Shown one piece after another: positions 31,362 through 40,470 of a DNA stretch of 64,000 nucleotides. The notes beneath the pieces are model-generated. The model was not told where the DNA came from and searched no databases. It saw nothing but the letters and a program-made list of their open reading frames with translations. Location: NCBI GenBank assembly GCA_963760795.1, contig CAVXEP010000019.1, positions 192,001 to 256,000 on the forward strand, read 5' to 3'. Both the position numbers and the translations under genes were made by a program. Origin of the DNA: an uncultured delta proteobacterium (GTDB taxonomy: Bacteria; Desulfobacterota; Binatia; UBA9968). Positions within the stretch are counted from its first letter, which is position 1. Each line of letters starts with the position of its first letter.

Positions 31362-32861
31362 CTAGGCGATGTGACCTGACCATAAATATGCAGCGGCCTT
31401 ACTGCCTTCGAGCTGGTGCACCGTCACCAGGCGTCCGACAACGGCTTCGGCGAGGGCGACGCGTGGATACCGGCCCTGTGGCCCGGAGCCGGAAGCACGG
31501 ACGTTTTTAGCGCCGGCGAGATTGACCCAAAAGGGATCATCTTCGGTCCTCGGCTTATCCGGGCCGACCATACGGCGCAGCGCGGCAGCGCTGCGCCAGC
31601 TTGCGGCTCCAACGGCAACCCAGCATTGGTAGCGGTCGGTATTAGTCGTTAAAGTCAAAAACGCGTGAGGTCGCACGGCTTCGACTGCCTGAGAATCGAG
31701 TTGATCGACCATTACTAACAACGGTTCGCCCGGCCGGTCATTGGTCAGAGGCCGGATCATAACATTCAAGTTCCGATTATCTGCAGCTTGCAAATGCGCT
31801 GGCAATCTCTCGAATAGTTGGTCGGGATCTAAAGCGGCTTCGGAAGCAAGCAACTCGCCGGAATCAGTCGTCAGCAACAAGTCAAATCGATCCTTGTCGA
31901 CGGATAAAAACAGCGCAATGATGAGCTGCGCCTGCTCCAAGCAGGAGCGGGAATCGGTCGGTGCAGTTGCGCTGATGTTGAGACCGGTCATCAGGCGACG
32001 ATGCCCTCGGGCCCAGCGTGAAGTTGTGTGATCCGCTTCGGGTTCAGTCTTGTCTGTGAAGAAGCGCACGGTCGTGACGTTCCACTTTTGATTAAAATGC
32101 TGCACTGTCCTCAGGTTCCAAGCTTCACTCCAGCGCAACATAAAATAGGCTAGATCCGACTCTTCACAAGCAGGCGGCGGAATGTAGCTGGTGACCGCCG
32201 TCGGCTCGATGTATACCGCTCCTCCGGCCTTTTGCACTTCCAAACACAGGTCAATGTGCTCTTGGTGGCTCAATAACTTTTCATCCAGCGGGCCGAGTTT
32301 CGCGAATACGTCCGTGCGCACCAACATGCAATGGAATTCTGCGTAGTCCCAAACGCTTCTTTGAAGCGGCACTTCTAGGTTAGCCATGGGAGTATCGAAA
32401 CGATATTGCTCGTCGTAAAGCACTCGGTGCCCTTGTTGCTCCGTGAATTTTAAAATTCCGCCAGCCATGTGGATCTTCTGGCGCTCGATCTCGCCAAAAA
32501 GATAAAGCGGGCCGACCACCCATGCTCCGGTTTCTTCGGCGCATTGCACTAAAGCCTCGAGCCAACCGCGTGTGACTAGCGCATCATTGTCCAAGAAGAC
32601 GAGGTATTCGGTGCTGACCTCTCTCAAGCCGAGATTTCGCGCTTGGTTAGGCGATAAAAACCGGTCCGAGTGAATAAGCGTGAAGCCCTTTGATTCCGCC
32701 TGGGCCGCGATCCGATGGTACATAGGTTTCGGCGTGCCGGCGCTGACATAAATCAGTTTGAAGGGAAGTGTCGTTTCCTGGTAGACGGTTTCGAGGGTGC
32801 GCTCACTATGGCTGAAACGCTCCCGCGGTACGATCACGATGGTGACTTGTGGCTCTGACAT
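31362..32861 (-). CDS. Glycosyltransferase family 2 fused to a RepB-type primase-like C-terminal domain
   Basis: Residues 1-260 are GT-A (VTIVIVPRER, ARNLGL, VFLDND, EHIDLC). Residues ~309-486 contain NVMIRP, LVMVDQL, FLTLTTNTDRYQCWV, NLAGAKN and YPRVAL. Confidence 0.82.
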   Translation of the reverse strand: MSEPQVTIVIVPRERFSHSERTLETVYQETTLPFKLIYVSAGTPKPMYHRIAAQAESKGFTLIHSDRFLSPNQARNLGLREVSTEYLVFLDNDALVTRGWLEALVQCAEETGAWVVGPLYLFGEIERQKIHMAGGILKFTEQQGHRVLYDEQYRFDTPMANLEVPLQRSVWDYAEFHCMLVRTDVFAKLGPLDEKLLSHQEHIDLCLEVQKAGGAVYIEPTAVTSYIPPPACEESDLAYFMLRWSEAWNLRTVQHFNQKWNVTTVRFFTDKTEPEADHTTSRWARGHRRLMTGLNISATAPTDSRSCLEQAQLIIALFLSVDKDRFDLLLTTDSGELLASEAALDPDQLFERLPAHLQAADNRNLNVMIRPLTNDRPGEPLLVMVDQLDSQAVEAVRPHAFLTLTTNTDRYQCWVAVGAASWRSAAALRRMVGPDKPRTEDDPFWVNLAGAKNVRASGSGPQGRYPRVALAEAVVGRLVTVHQLEGSKAAAYLWSGHIA

Positions 32862-33264
32862 AATAAAAGACTCAGTTATCGGCCGATCCCGTTACAGCTC
32901 ATTCCGAGCGTCTTCCATCCTTTTACAGAATCTGACCGGCGGAATTTCGGTCCTGACTTGTTTGTCCTGTCGGTTGCGGTTTCTGCTTTTTTACAACACC
33001 AGCATTATCATACATTATCCACGGTTCAGCCAACAGCCGATACGTTATCGGCAGTCGATGGAGCTTCGGCGGTGGCGGGCTCAGACTTTATATTCTTGAC
33101 AGACTAAACCAAATCGCCGGCCTGCCGGTCGGAAAAGCATGACGCTGACGAAATCATCGTCGAAACCTCTCGATCCAAACAGCTCGCGACGTCTTTAAAG
33201 CTCATAGATGAAATCCAGGGTGTTGTTCGCTCATCGGTGGCCGCTGGCACAACCCGAAAATCGA

Positions 33265-34287
33265 TTAAGCTAATTGATTCTCGGTTTTTCCCAAGCCAAA
33301 AGTCTCCGCCAGCAGTTCGTAGGAACGGTGGCGCGGAGCGGGATCGTAAGTCCATGTGACCACGACCAGTTCGTCGAGGTCGAGACTTTTCGCGAGTTCT
33401 TTCAGTCGAGTGGTGACCTGTTCTGAAGATCCGACAATCGCCTTGCGATGTAACTTTTCCGCGATCGCCAATTCGGCGGGCGAATACGGGCGATTTGCTT
33501 CCTCCGGCGACATCAGCGGCTGGCGGATGCCAAGTTTGCGGTCGATCATGGCGCGTTCGCGGGATTTGAACTGGAACAGTGCCTCCTCCTCGGTATCGGC
33601 GGCCAGCGCCCAGACGCAAATCGTGCAGATCGGCTTGGGATTGTTTTCGCTGGAGCGATAATTCTTGCGGTAAAGATCCAGCGCCTGCTCGACGCCAAAG
33701 CCGTCGCTGAAGAAGTAGGCGAAGGCGTAGGGTAAACCAAAATAGGCGGCAAGTTGCGCGCCGTAGTCTGAGCTGCCGAGAATCCACATCTCCGGCGTGG
33801 TCGGTCCCGTCGGTTGGGCGACGATTCTCTGAAACGGATGACCTTCGGGCAGGGGTTTCCCGGACACCCAGTGTTGCAGCTCCTGGACTTGCCGGGGAAA
33901 TTGATCATGGACATTCTGCGGGTGCGGATTGAGAGCGTGGGATGTCAATTGATCCGATCCGGGTGCGCGGCCGACACCCAGGTCGATACGGCCCGGCGCA
34001 ATGGCGTCCAGGACGCGGAACTGCTCTGCAACTTTCAGCGCCGCATAGTGCGGCAGCATCACGCCGGCGCTGCCGATACGGATACGCGGCGTGGTGGCGG
34101 CGATCGCCGCCATGAGTATCTCGGGGGCGGTGCCGACGATATTACCGGAGTTGTGATGCTCCGAGACCCAGTAGCGATGGTAACCCAGCGCGTCGCAATG
34201 TCTCGCGAGATCCAGGGTCTCACGGATCGCATTGCCCTGCGCTCGGCCCTTGGCCGCGGTCGATTGATCGAGTACTGACAGCTTCAT
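33265..34287 (-). CDS. LLM-class flavin-dependent oxidoreductase (luciferase-like)
   Basis: MKLSVLDQS, YWVSEHHN, RIGSAGVMLPHY, GRIDLGVGRAPG, WILGSS. Start ATG at 34287. Confidence 0.93.
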   Translation of the reverse strand: MKLSVLDQSTAAKGRAQGNAIRETLDLARHCDALGYHRYWVSEHHNSGNIVGTAPEILMAAIAATTPRIRIGSAGVMLPHYAALKVAEQFRVLDAIAPGRIDLGVGRAPGSDQLTSHALNPHPQNVHDQFPRQVQELQHWVSGKPLPEGHPFQRIVAQPTGPTTPEMWILGSSDYGAQLAAYFGLPYAFAYFFSDGFGVEQALDLYRKNYRSSENNPKPICTICVWALAADTEEEALFQFKSRERAMIDRKLGIRQPLMSPEEANRPYSPAELAIAEKLHRKAIVGSSEQVTTRLKELAKSLDLDELVVVTWTYDPAPRHRSYELLAETFGLGKTENQLA

Positions 34288-34388
34288 GGATGACCTGCTT
34301 GTCGGGCACAGTTTATTGTGAATTTGTTGGGAAGAGCATTCATCACGAATGATACTGTGCGGCAAGCCCGCAACCAAACACCGGAATA

Positions 34389-34488
34389 TCTCGCGCCAAG
34401 CTCGCAAAGACCGCCAAGTTATGAGATCAAATCTCCTTGGGGCCTGGGGTTGGGAGGCCTTTGCGTGCTTGGTGCACTTGGCGTGAGA
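34389..34488. repeat. Intergenic inverted repeat built from ~9-bp periodic CGC(A/C)AAG units
   Basis: TCTCGCGCCAAGCTCGCAAAGACCGCCAAG ... CTTTGCGTGCTTGGTGCACTTGGCGTGAGA. Confidence 0.7.
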
Positions 34489-34498
34489 AATTCCTCTG

Positions 34499-35413
34499 TT
34501 AGCCGAGCCGATCGCCGATGTTTAATCCCGCCTGTTTGGCAAATTCCGCGCCGCTGACTTTGGCGCCTGTGCCGCGAGCTTTCTTTATCGTCAGCGCGCC
34601 GCCATTCAGCGCGACGGTAATTCCTTCTCCACCGATGGCTGTCACTTGTCCAGCGGCCGCTGAATTCGGCCCGGCTTGCAGCCTAGCATCGAAGATGCGC
34701 ACCATCTTGCCTTGCCAATTCGTGTGCGCGCCGGGTTGGGGGTCGCAGCCGCGGATTAGGTTGTAGACTTCCTGCGCCGGTTTGGACCAGTCGATCTTGG
34801 CATGAGCGTCGTCGCAGATGGGGTCGTAATTGGCCTTGGATTCGTCTTGAACGATGCGCGGCGGGTTGCCGGCTTTGATGAGATCCACCGCTTCGCCGAT
34901 CGCTTCGATGCCCAGGGGAAATATTTTGTTGAAGTACAACGATCCGGTGGTGTCGTCCGGCTCGACCTTGACTTCTTTTTGCAACAGGATCGGCCCGGTA
35001 TCGATGCCTTTGTCGACCCAAAATAGCGAAAGTCCGGTGACCGATTCGCCTTTGATCAAGGCCCAGTTGATGGCGCTGGCGCCGCGATACTTGGGCAAAA
35101 GCGACGGATGAAAGCAGATGCTGCCGAGTTTTGGCACGCTGAAAACTTGCTGCGGGACGATCTGGGTGACGAAAGCGAGGATCGCTAGATCGGCGTTCAA
35201 CGCGACGAATTCGTCGCACACTTCCGGCGCTTTGAACGATTTAGGCTGTCGCACCTCGATGTGGAGATCGATGGCTTTCTGTTTTACCGGGTCGAATTTG
35301 CCGTTGGGCGGATCGGGCGGGCAATAGACCGCGACCACTTTCTCGCCTTTGCCAAGGAGTTTTTCCAGAGTCTTTTCGGCAAACGCCGCTTGTCCGATCA
35401 ATATTATTCGCAT
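34499..35413 (-). CDS. Fmt-like formyltransferase / 10-formyl-THF hydrolase-like protein
   Basis: MRIILIGQAAF, CFHPSLLPKYRGASAINW, GIDTGPIL, IDWSKPA.EVYNLIRGCDP.PGA. Confidence 0.85.
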   Translation of the reverse strand: MRIILIGQAAFAEKTLEKLLGKGEKVVAVYCPPDPPNGKFDPVKQKAIDLHIEVRQPKSFKAPEVCDEFVALNADLAILAFVTQIVPQQVFSVPKLGSICFHPSLLPKYRGASAINWALIKGESVTGLSLFWVDKGIDTGPILLQKEVKVEPDDTTGSLYFNKIFPLGIEAIGEAVDLIKAGNPPRIVQDESKANYDPICDDAHAKIDWSKPAQEVYNLIRGCDPQPGAHTNWQGKMVRIFDARLQAGPNSAAAGQVTAIGGEGITVALNGGALTIKKARGTGAKVSGAEFAKQAGLNIGDRLG

Positions 35414-35478
35414 TTGGTGAAACTCCGATACAGTAGAGCTAGCGCGTTACGAAGACGAGCCACGATCGCGATTTCTCG

Positions 35479-36006
35479 TTAGCCGATGATTTTAAAGTCG
35501 CCGCCCTTGTAGCTCCGGCATAGATTGACGTAGGTGGTTGAGCCCATCTTGATCCAGTGCAGCGCTTCGCCGGTAATTTCCTTCTTGACCTTGGCGGGCG
35601 CGCCGGCAGCGAGCACTCGAGGCGGGATGATCGTGTGCGGCGTTACCACGCTGCCGGCGCCGATCAGGGCTTCTTCGCCGATCTCGACATGTTCGAGCAG
35701 GGTGACGTTCATGCCGATGATCGCGCCGCGCTTGACCAGCGGACCTTCCATGATTGCGCCGTGGCCGATGGTGCAATCTTCTTCGATGATCGTCGGCGCT
35801 TCGCCGGAATGAATCACGCAGTTGTCTTGCACGCTGGTGCGGGCGCCGATGACGATGGGATTGGCGTTTTGATCCGAGCGCAAGACCGCGCCCCACCAGA
35901 TGCTCGCTTCGTCGCCGATGGTTACATCGCCGATGATCACTGCGGTGGGCGCGATGAACGCCGTGGGAGATACATGCGGTCGTTTGCCTTTGTATTCGAT
36001 GATCAT
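35479..36006 (-). CDS. Gamma carbonic anhydrase-like (left-handed beta-helix) protein
   Basis: AFIAPTAVIIGDV, VLRSD, SVQDNCVIH, hexapeptide repeats, GAPAK. Confidence 0.9.
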   Translation of the reverse strand: MIIEYKGKRPHVSPTAFIAPTAVIIGDVTIGDEASIWWGAVLRSDQNANPIVIGARTSVQDNCVIHSGEAPTIIEEDCTIGHGAIMEGPLVKRGAIIGMNVTLLEHVEIGEEALIGAGSVVTPHTIIPPRVLAAGAPAKVKKEITGEALHWIKMGSTTYVNLCRSYKGGDFKIIG

Positions 36007-36139
36007 GAAGAGCGATACCTCCGTGGATAAGTTTCACGATATTGGACGCTGCCCGGGGAAATCAAGATTGTTGGTGCAATGTCGCGAGTGTGGATTGACT
36101 CGATTGGTAAAATTGTTAATGCTTTGCCAACTTTGAAGA

Positions 36140-36180
36140 CCCTCAACCTAGCCCTTGCCCGCATGCCCGGGCGAGGGGAA
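36140..36180. repeat. REP-like hairpin
   Basis: CCCTCAACCTAGCCCTTGCCCGCATGCCCGGGCGAGGGG resembles CCCTCACCC...GGGAGAGGG-type REPs. Confidence 0.5.
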
Positions 36181-36217
36181 AGGATTAGCAGAGCGGTCGA
36201 TACCTATTGGAGGTTAG

Positions 36218-37291
36218 ATGGTGAAATATTTTCGTTGTCATTGCGATTTCACTTTGGTCACTCATCGGTGCAGTGGACGTCTCGCTCGCGCAGACCCGCG
36301 AGGCGACTCTCGCGGCGCTGGGAAAACTTCCCAGCCGCCGAGCGCCAGGCGCGTTTGGTCGAGGGGGCGAAGAAGGAGAATGGGCTGGTTTGGTACTCGA
36401 GCACGACGGCGGAAGACGCGCTGGCGCTGAGCAAGAAATTCAATGAGCAGCATCCGGCCATCAAGATCAATCATTTCCGCTCGTCCAGTGAGAAGTTACT
36501 CGAGCGGATTCTCGCCGAGTCCCGCGCCAATGCGTTCAAAGCCGACATCGTAACTCTACCCGAGTTGGAACTGTCGCTGATGATCAAGCGTAAACTATTA
36601 CTGCGCTACGAAGCCGTAGAGAATTCTTTCTATCCCGCCGAGACCAAGGATCCGCGCGGCTTTTGGACCGGGCTCTACACTTCGGCGTGGGTGCCTGGCT
36701 ACAACACCAAGCAGGTGGCCAAGGATCAGGCGCCGCGGACTTACAAAGATCTGCTCAACCCCAGGTGGAAGGGCAACATGGCGATGGATAACGAGCCTTT
36801 CAACTGGTACGTGATCTCGCTCAATTACTTGGAAAAACGCGACGGCAAGGAGGCCGCGGCCAACTACATGAAGCAACTGGCGGCGCAGCAGATGCAGTGG
36901 CGCAAAGGCCATTCGTCTGATCGGCCAGTTGATGGCGGCGGGCGAGTTTCCCCTCGCCGCCGAGCTGCAAGTGCACACGGTGGAGCGCGCCAAAGCGACC
37001 GGCGCGCCGGTCGAATGGTCGGTGCTCGACGGCGTGATTCCGATTTCGAAAGTCGGCGCGGCGGTCACCAGTACCGGCAACAGTATTTACACTTCGGCGC
37101 TGTTTTTTGATTTTCTCTTGTCCCGCGGCGGCATGGAGACGATCCGCGCGAGCCGGCGGATCCCGACGCGTCCGGATGTCACAGCGCCGTACTTAAAGCC
37201 GTACAAACTCATCCCATTCGAGCCCCAGGCGATCGACGACTTCGACAAATACGTGACACTGTTCCGCGATACCTTCAAGCCGGGAAACTAA
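36218..37291 (+). CDS. Extracellular solute-binding protein (Fe3+/thiamine-type SBP); three apparent frameshifts at ~36227, ~36331 and ~36917
   Basis: Removing three single bases gives MVKIFVVIAISLWSLIGAVDVSLAQTREATLAALGKLPAAERQARLVEGAKKE...YNT...DLLNPRWKG...KGHSLIGQLMAAGE, 356 aa. GGAGG RBS. Confidence 0.8.
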
Positions 37292-37464
37292 AAATAATGG
37301 ATACTGGAGAATGCAAAACTGACAACGCCGGTCGGAGTTAATTGCGTGAGTAGCTTTTGGCGTTGAGCTGGTCTAATTCTTTTTCTACGGCGTGGCGCGG
37401 GTAGAAAGCGTTTCGTTGCTGTGGTTAACTATTGCGCCGCTCTGCATTTTGCCGCCACCGACCC

Positions 37465-38888
37465 GTGATTTCACCGTCATCGACTCATAACAGCGACACC
37501 ATTCGCCGTCTGGTTCTGATCAATTCCATCTTGGGCGTGACCATCGCGGGAGTTTCCGCGCGGGTCTTCATGATCTCGGTGCCGACGTTGGCAACGGCGC
37601 TCAATACCGACATGTTGGGGATTTCCTGGGCGCTGATTGTCTATCAAATGGCCGGTATCGGCCTGGGCGTGATCTGCGGCCGGCTGGGAGATATTCACGG
37701 CCACCACAAGACCTACGGGTCGGTATGTGGGTGATGGCGGTGGCTTCACTGCTCTGCGGCTTTTCACAAAATATCTGGCAGTTGATTCTGTTCCGCTTTC
37801 TCCAGGGTATCGGCGGCGCGATAATTCAATCTTCCGGACGGACGCTGGCTTTTAAAGCGATGCCCGCCGGCTCCGAAGGAAAAGCCCAAGGGTTAATGGC
37901 GATGTCCCATCAATTGGGCTTCTTTATCGGCCCACCTATCGGCGGGCTGATCATCGATCTGGTGCATTGGCGCGGGGTTTTTTTTCTACTGTTTGTCCCG
38001 AGTCTGGCGGGCGCGGCTTTGTGCCTGGTGACGGGGCGCGCCGCGGCCGCCGAACCGGCGCGCCAGCAGGCGATCGATTACCGCGGCGCCTTGCTGCTCT
38101 TCGCCTTGACGGTACTCGCGACCTTGTTGCTCGATCAGAAAGTCGCCCAGGCGGTGGGCGCCGGCAGCGAGCTGTTGTTGGGCTCGGTATTTCTCGCCGC
38201 GCTGTGGCTTTTTCTCGGCCACGAAAAGCGCGCGCCAAGTCCGCTGATCAATCTGTCGATGTTCTCGGTTAAAGTGTTCGGCTATGGTTCGGTGGGGCTG
38301 TTGTTCTGCAATATCAACCAGGGCCTCTCGACCTTCATCACGCCGTTTTACCTACAGCAGGTGCTCAACTTATCGCCGACGTTCATGGGGGCGATTTTTC
38401 TCGTGCCGTCGTTGTTGAGCATGGTACTGTCGCCGGTGAGCGGTGCTCTGACCGACCGCATTGGTCCACGCTTGCTGTTGATTGTCGGCGCGCTGGTGCT
38501 GATGGCGAGCTTTATCATCGGCGCCTACCTGCGCAGCGATTCCCACTGGCTGCTGCCGACGATTTTATTAGCTCTTACCGGTATCGGTTCGGCGTTTTTC
38601 AATACGGCATCGCAGGCGGCGATGATCCGCGCCTTGCCCAAGGAAAATTGGGGTACGGCGATCGGCATCATCAACGGGGTTTTCGGTCTCGGCCATATGC
38701 TCGGCATTTCCTTGAGCGGCATCTTCTTGACCCTGGCGTTTCGCTACTACACCGGCGACGCCGCCGCGACGCCCGACCCAGCGAATAGCACTTTGTTCGT
38801 TGCGGCGATGAATTTGACCTACCTCTTTGCTTTGGCACTCGCCGTCATCCCGTTGTTTACCTCGACTAAGATTAAGCGCAGTGAATAG
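37465..38888 (+). CDS. MFS transporter (DHA2/EmrB-like); apparent frameshift at ~37720
   Basis: GRLGDIHGHHK in the first frame. LILFRFLQGIGG, GPPIGG, WRGVF and PLINLSMF in the second. Start approximate. Confidence 0.85.
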
Positions 38889-38963
38889 CGTGGAGCCGGC
38901 GCGATAGCAAAACGTCTATACGCGCAGTGCGATCGCAGCTGACGAGAGTTAGGACGTGGGCAA

Positions 38964-38989
38964 GCGTCTTTGCGCCTTTGCGGGAGAAA
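38964..38989. repeat. CTTTGCG/CGCAAAG periodic repeat half-site
   Basis: GCGTCTTTGCGCCTTTGCGGGAGAAA; same family as 34389-34488. Confidence 0.6.
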
Positions 38990-39024
38990 AATCCGTATCC
39001 GAAAGTCTTCGACTCCCAACAAAG

Positions 39025-39234
39025 CTATAACACCTGAAACCCTGCCTTCAGCACGGCGCGTAGGAAGTCGTCGATATGCGATAGGGCAGGGTCGAATTCG
39101 AGTACGGCGACGCTGCGCTCCAGGCTGAAATCGATCTTGCCGACGCCGGGCACGGCTTGAAACGCTGCGCGCAGGGTCGGGAGATTTTCAGCGGTGAGAT
39201 TGCCGATGGAGAGGATCGCGGTTTTTGTGCTCAT
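39025..39234 (-). CDS. Heavy-metal-associated (HMA)-fold small protein lacking CxxC
   Basis: KTAILSIGNLT...VPGV.KIDFSL...AVLEFDP...FLRAVLKAGF follows the CopZ/HMA pattern but has no Cys. Confidence 0.7.
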   Translation of the reverse strand: MSTKTAILSIGNLTAENLPTLRAAFQAVPGVGKIDFSLERSVAVLEFDPALSHIDDFLRAVLKAGFQVL

Positions 39235-39487
39235 CGGATTTTTCTTGTCGAGACTTTGACAAATCCGATCTGATTGCGCAATCGACGCGCTAGTCGCCCT
39301 CGTGTTTCGCTGCTAAAACCCGCGCGGACAAAGTCTGGACCGCGCATGTTTTGAAAGCCATCAGTTCGCATAATCGTTTTTTGTCGCGTCGTCGATGGTT
39401 TGTTGCGGTTAGGTTGGCGAGCCTGTATAGCTCGCTCTACGGCATTGGTCCTGCAAATAATATTCACCGTCGATTTCGCTCCACAAC

Positions 39488-40366
39488 ATGAGTTCCATTC
39501 CCGCTGAGTTCTACGCCCTCGCCAACGCTTTCCTGTTCGCGGTGCACAATATCTTTATGAAAAAGGCGTTGCGCCATTCGAACCCGGCCACAGGCGTGAT
39601 CAGCACTTTGTTGATCAATATCGTGTTTCTCTGGACCATTGCGCTCTTGTTTGTGCCGATGGCCAACGTGACGCTGGCGTCGCTGCTGATTTTCGTCGGC
39701 GTGGGTTTCTTTCAACCCGGCCTAACCCGCTTGCTCACTTACAAAGGCATCGATGCTTTGGGTGTGGCGATCACCGATCCGATCCGCGCCAGCACGCCGC
39801 TGTTTAGCGCGGCCATGGCGATCGTCTTTCTCGGCGAGGAGATCACCTTGCCGATCATTGTCGCGACACTCATGATCATCGGCGGCATCACGCTGTTGTC
39901 GTGGCGCCACGGGGCGATGAAGCTCGCCGGCTCGGCGGTCTATCTCTGGTTTCCCATTGCCGCCTCGGTGCTCGCGGGTGCGTCTCAGGTGGTGCGCAAG
40001 TTCGGCATGGCCGCCGTGCCCCATCCATTTCTCGCCGCCGCGGTGACCGCGACTTCGTCATTGATCATTTCGGTGCTGGTGATGTGGTACGTCGAAAAGA
40101 CGCAAGAGACCTGGAAAATGAATCGCCAGTGCGTCTGGTGGTTTCTCGCCGCCGGCATCACCGTCAGCTTCGCCATGACGTCGATCTACCACGCTTTGGA
40201 TCTCGGCAAAGTCTCGGTGGTGATTCCCTTGAGCAGCACCGCGCCGTTGTTTTCGCTGATCCTCACCGCGCTGTTCCTGCGCGGCGTCGAACGGGTGACG
40301 CCACGCATCGTTGTTAGCACGGTGCTGATCGTCAGCGGTGTCGCGCTGATCACGTGGTGGAAGTAG
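39488..40366 (+). CDS. EamA/DMT family transporter
   Basis: Two EamA repeats: PLFSAAMAIVFLGE and PLFSLILTALFLRGVE. Confidence 0.9.
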   Translation: MSSIPAEFYALANAFLFAVHNIFMKKALRHSNPATGVISTLLINIVFLWTIALLFVPMANVTLASLLIFVGVGFFQPGLTRLLTYKGIDALGVAITDPIRASTPLFSAAMAIVFLGEEITLPIIVATLMIIGGITLLSWRHGAMKLAGSAVYLWFPIAASVLAGASQVVRKFGMAAVPHPFLAAAVTATSSLIISVLVMWYVEKTQETWKMNRQCVWWFLAAGITVSFAMTSIYHALDLGKVSVVIPLSSTAPLFSLILTALFLRGVERVTPRIVVSTVLIVSGVALITWWK

Positions 40367-40379
40367 GGAAGAAGACATT

Positions 40380-40399
40380 TAGCCGCAAAGAACGCAAAG
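40380..40399 (+). repeat. Dispersed 20-bp repeat, copy 1
   Basis: TAGCCGCAAAGAACGCAAAG, identical to 63174-63193. Confidence 0.75.
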
Positions 40400-40470
40400 G
40401 GTACAAAATAAACGGATGATCAGGACTCTGAACTTCGTGGTGAAACCTTCTTTCCCGCGAATCAGCTCGA

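Noticed and set aside
31404-31937. Integrated plasmid replicon suggested by the RepB-like domain
   Set aside because: The domain is fused to a GT2 with degenerate catalytic motifs, and there are no iterons, helicase, relaxase or other plasmid genes.
33100-33270. Short plus-strand reading frame (HDADEIIVETSRSKQLATSLKLIDEIQGVVRS) resembling an ACT-like fragment
   Set aside because: No start codon after the upstream in-frame stop, and too short to support; at most a remnant.
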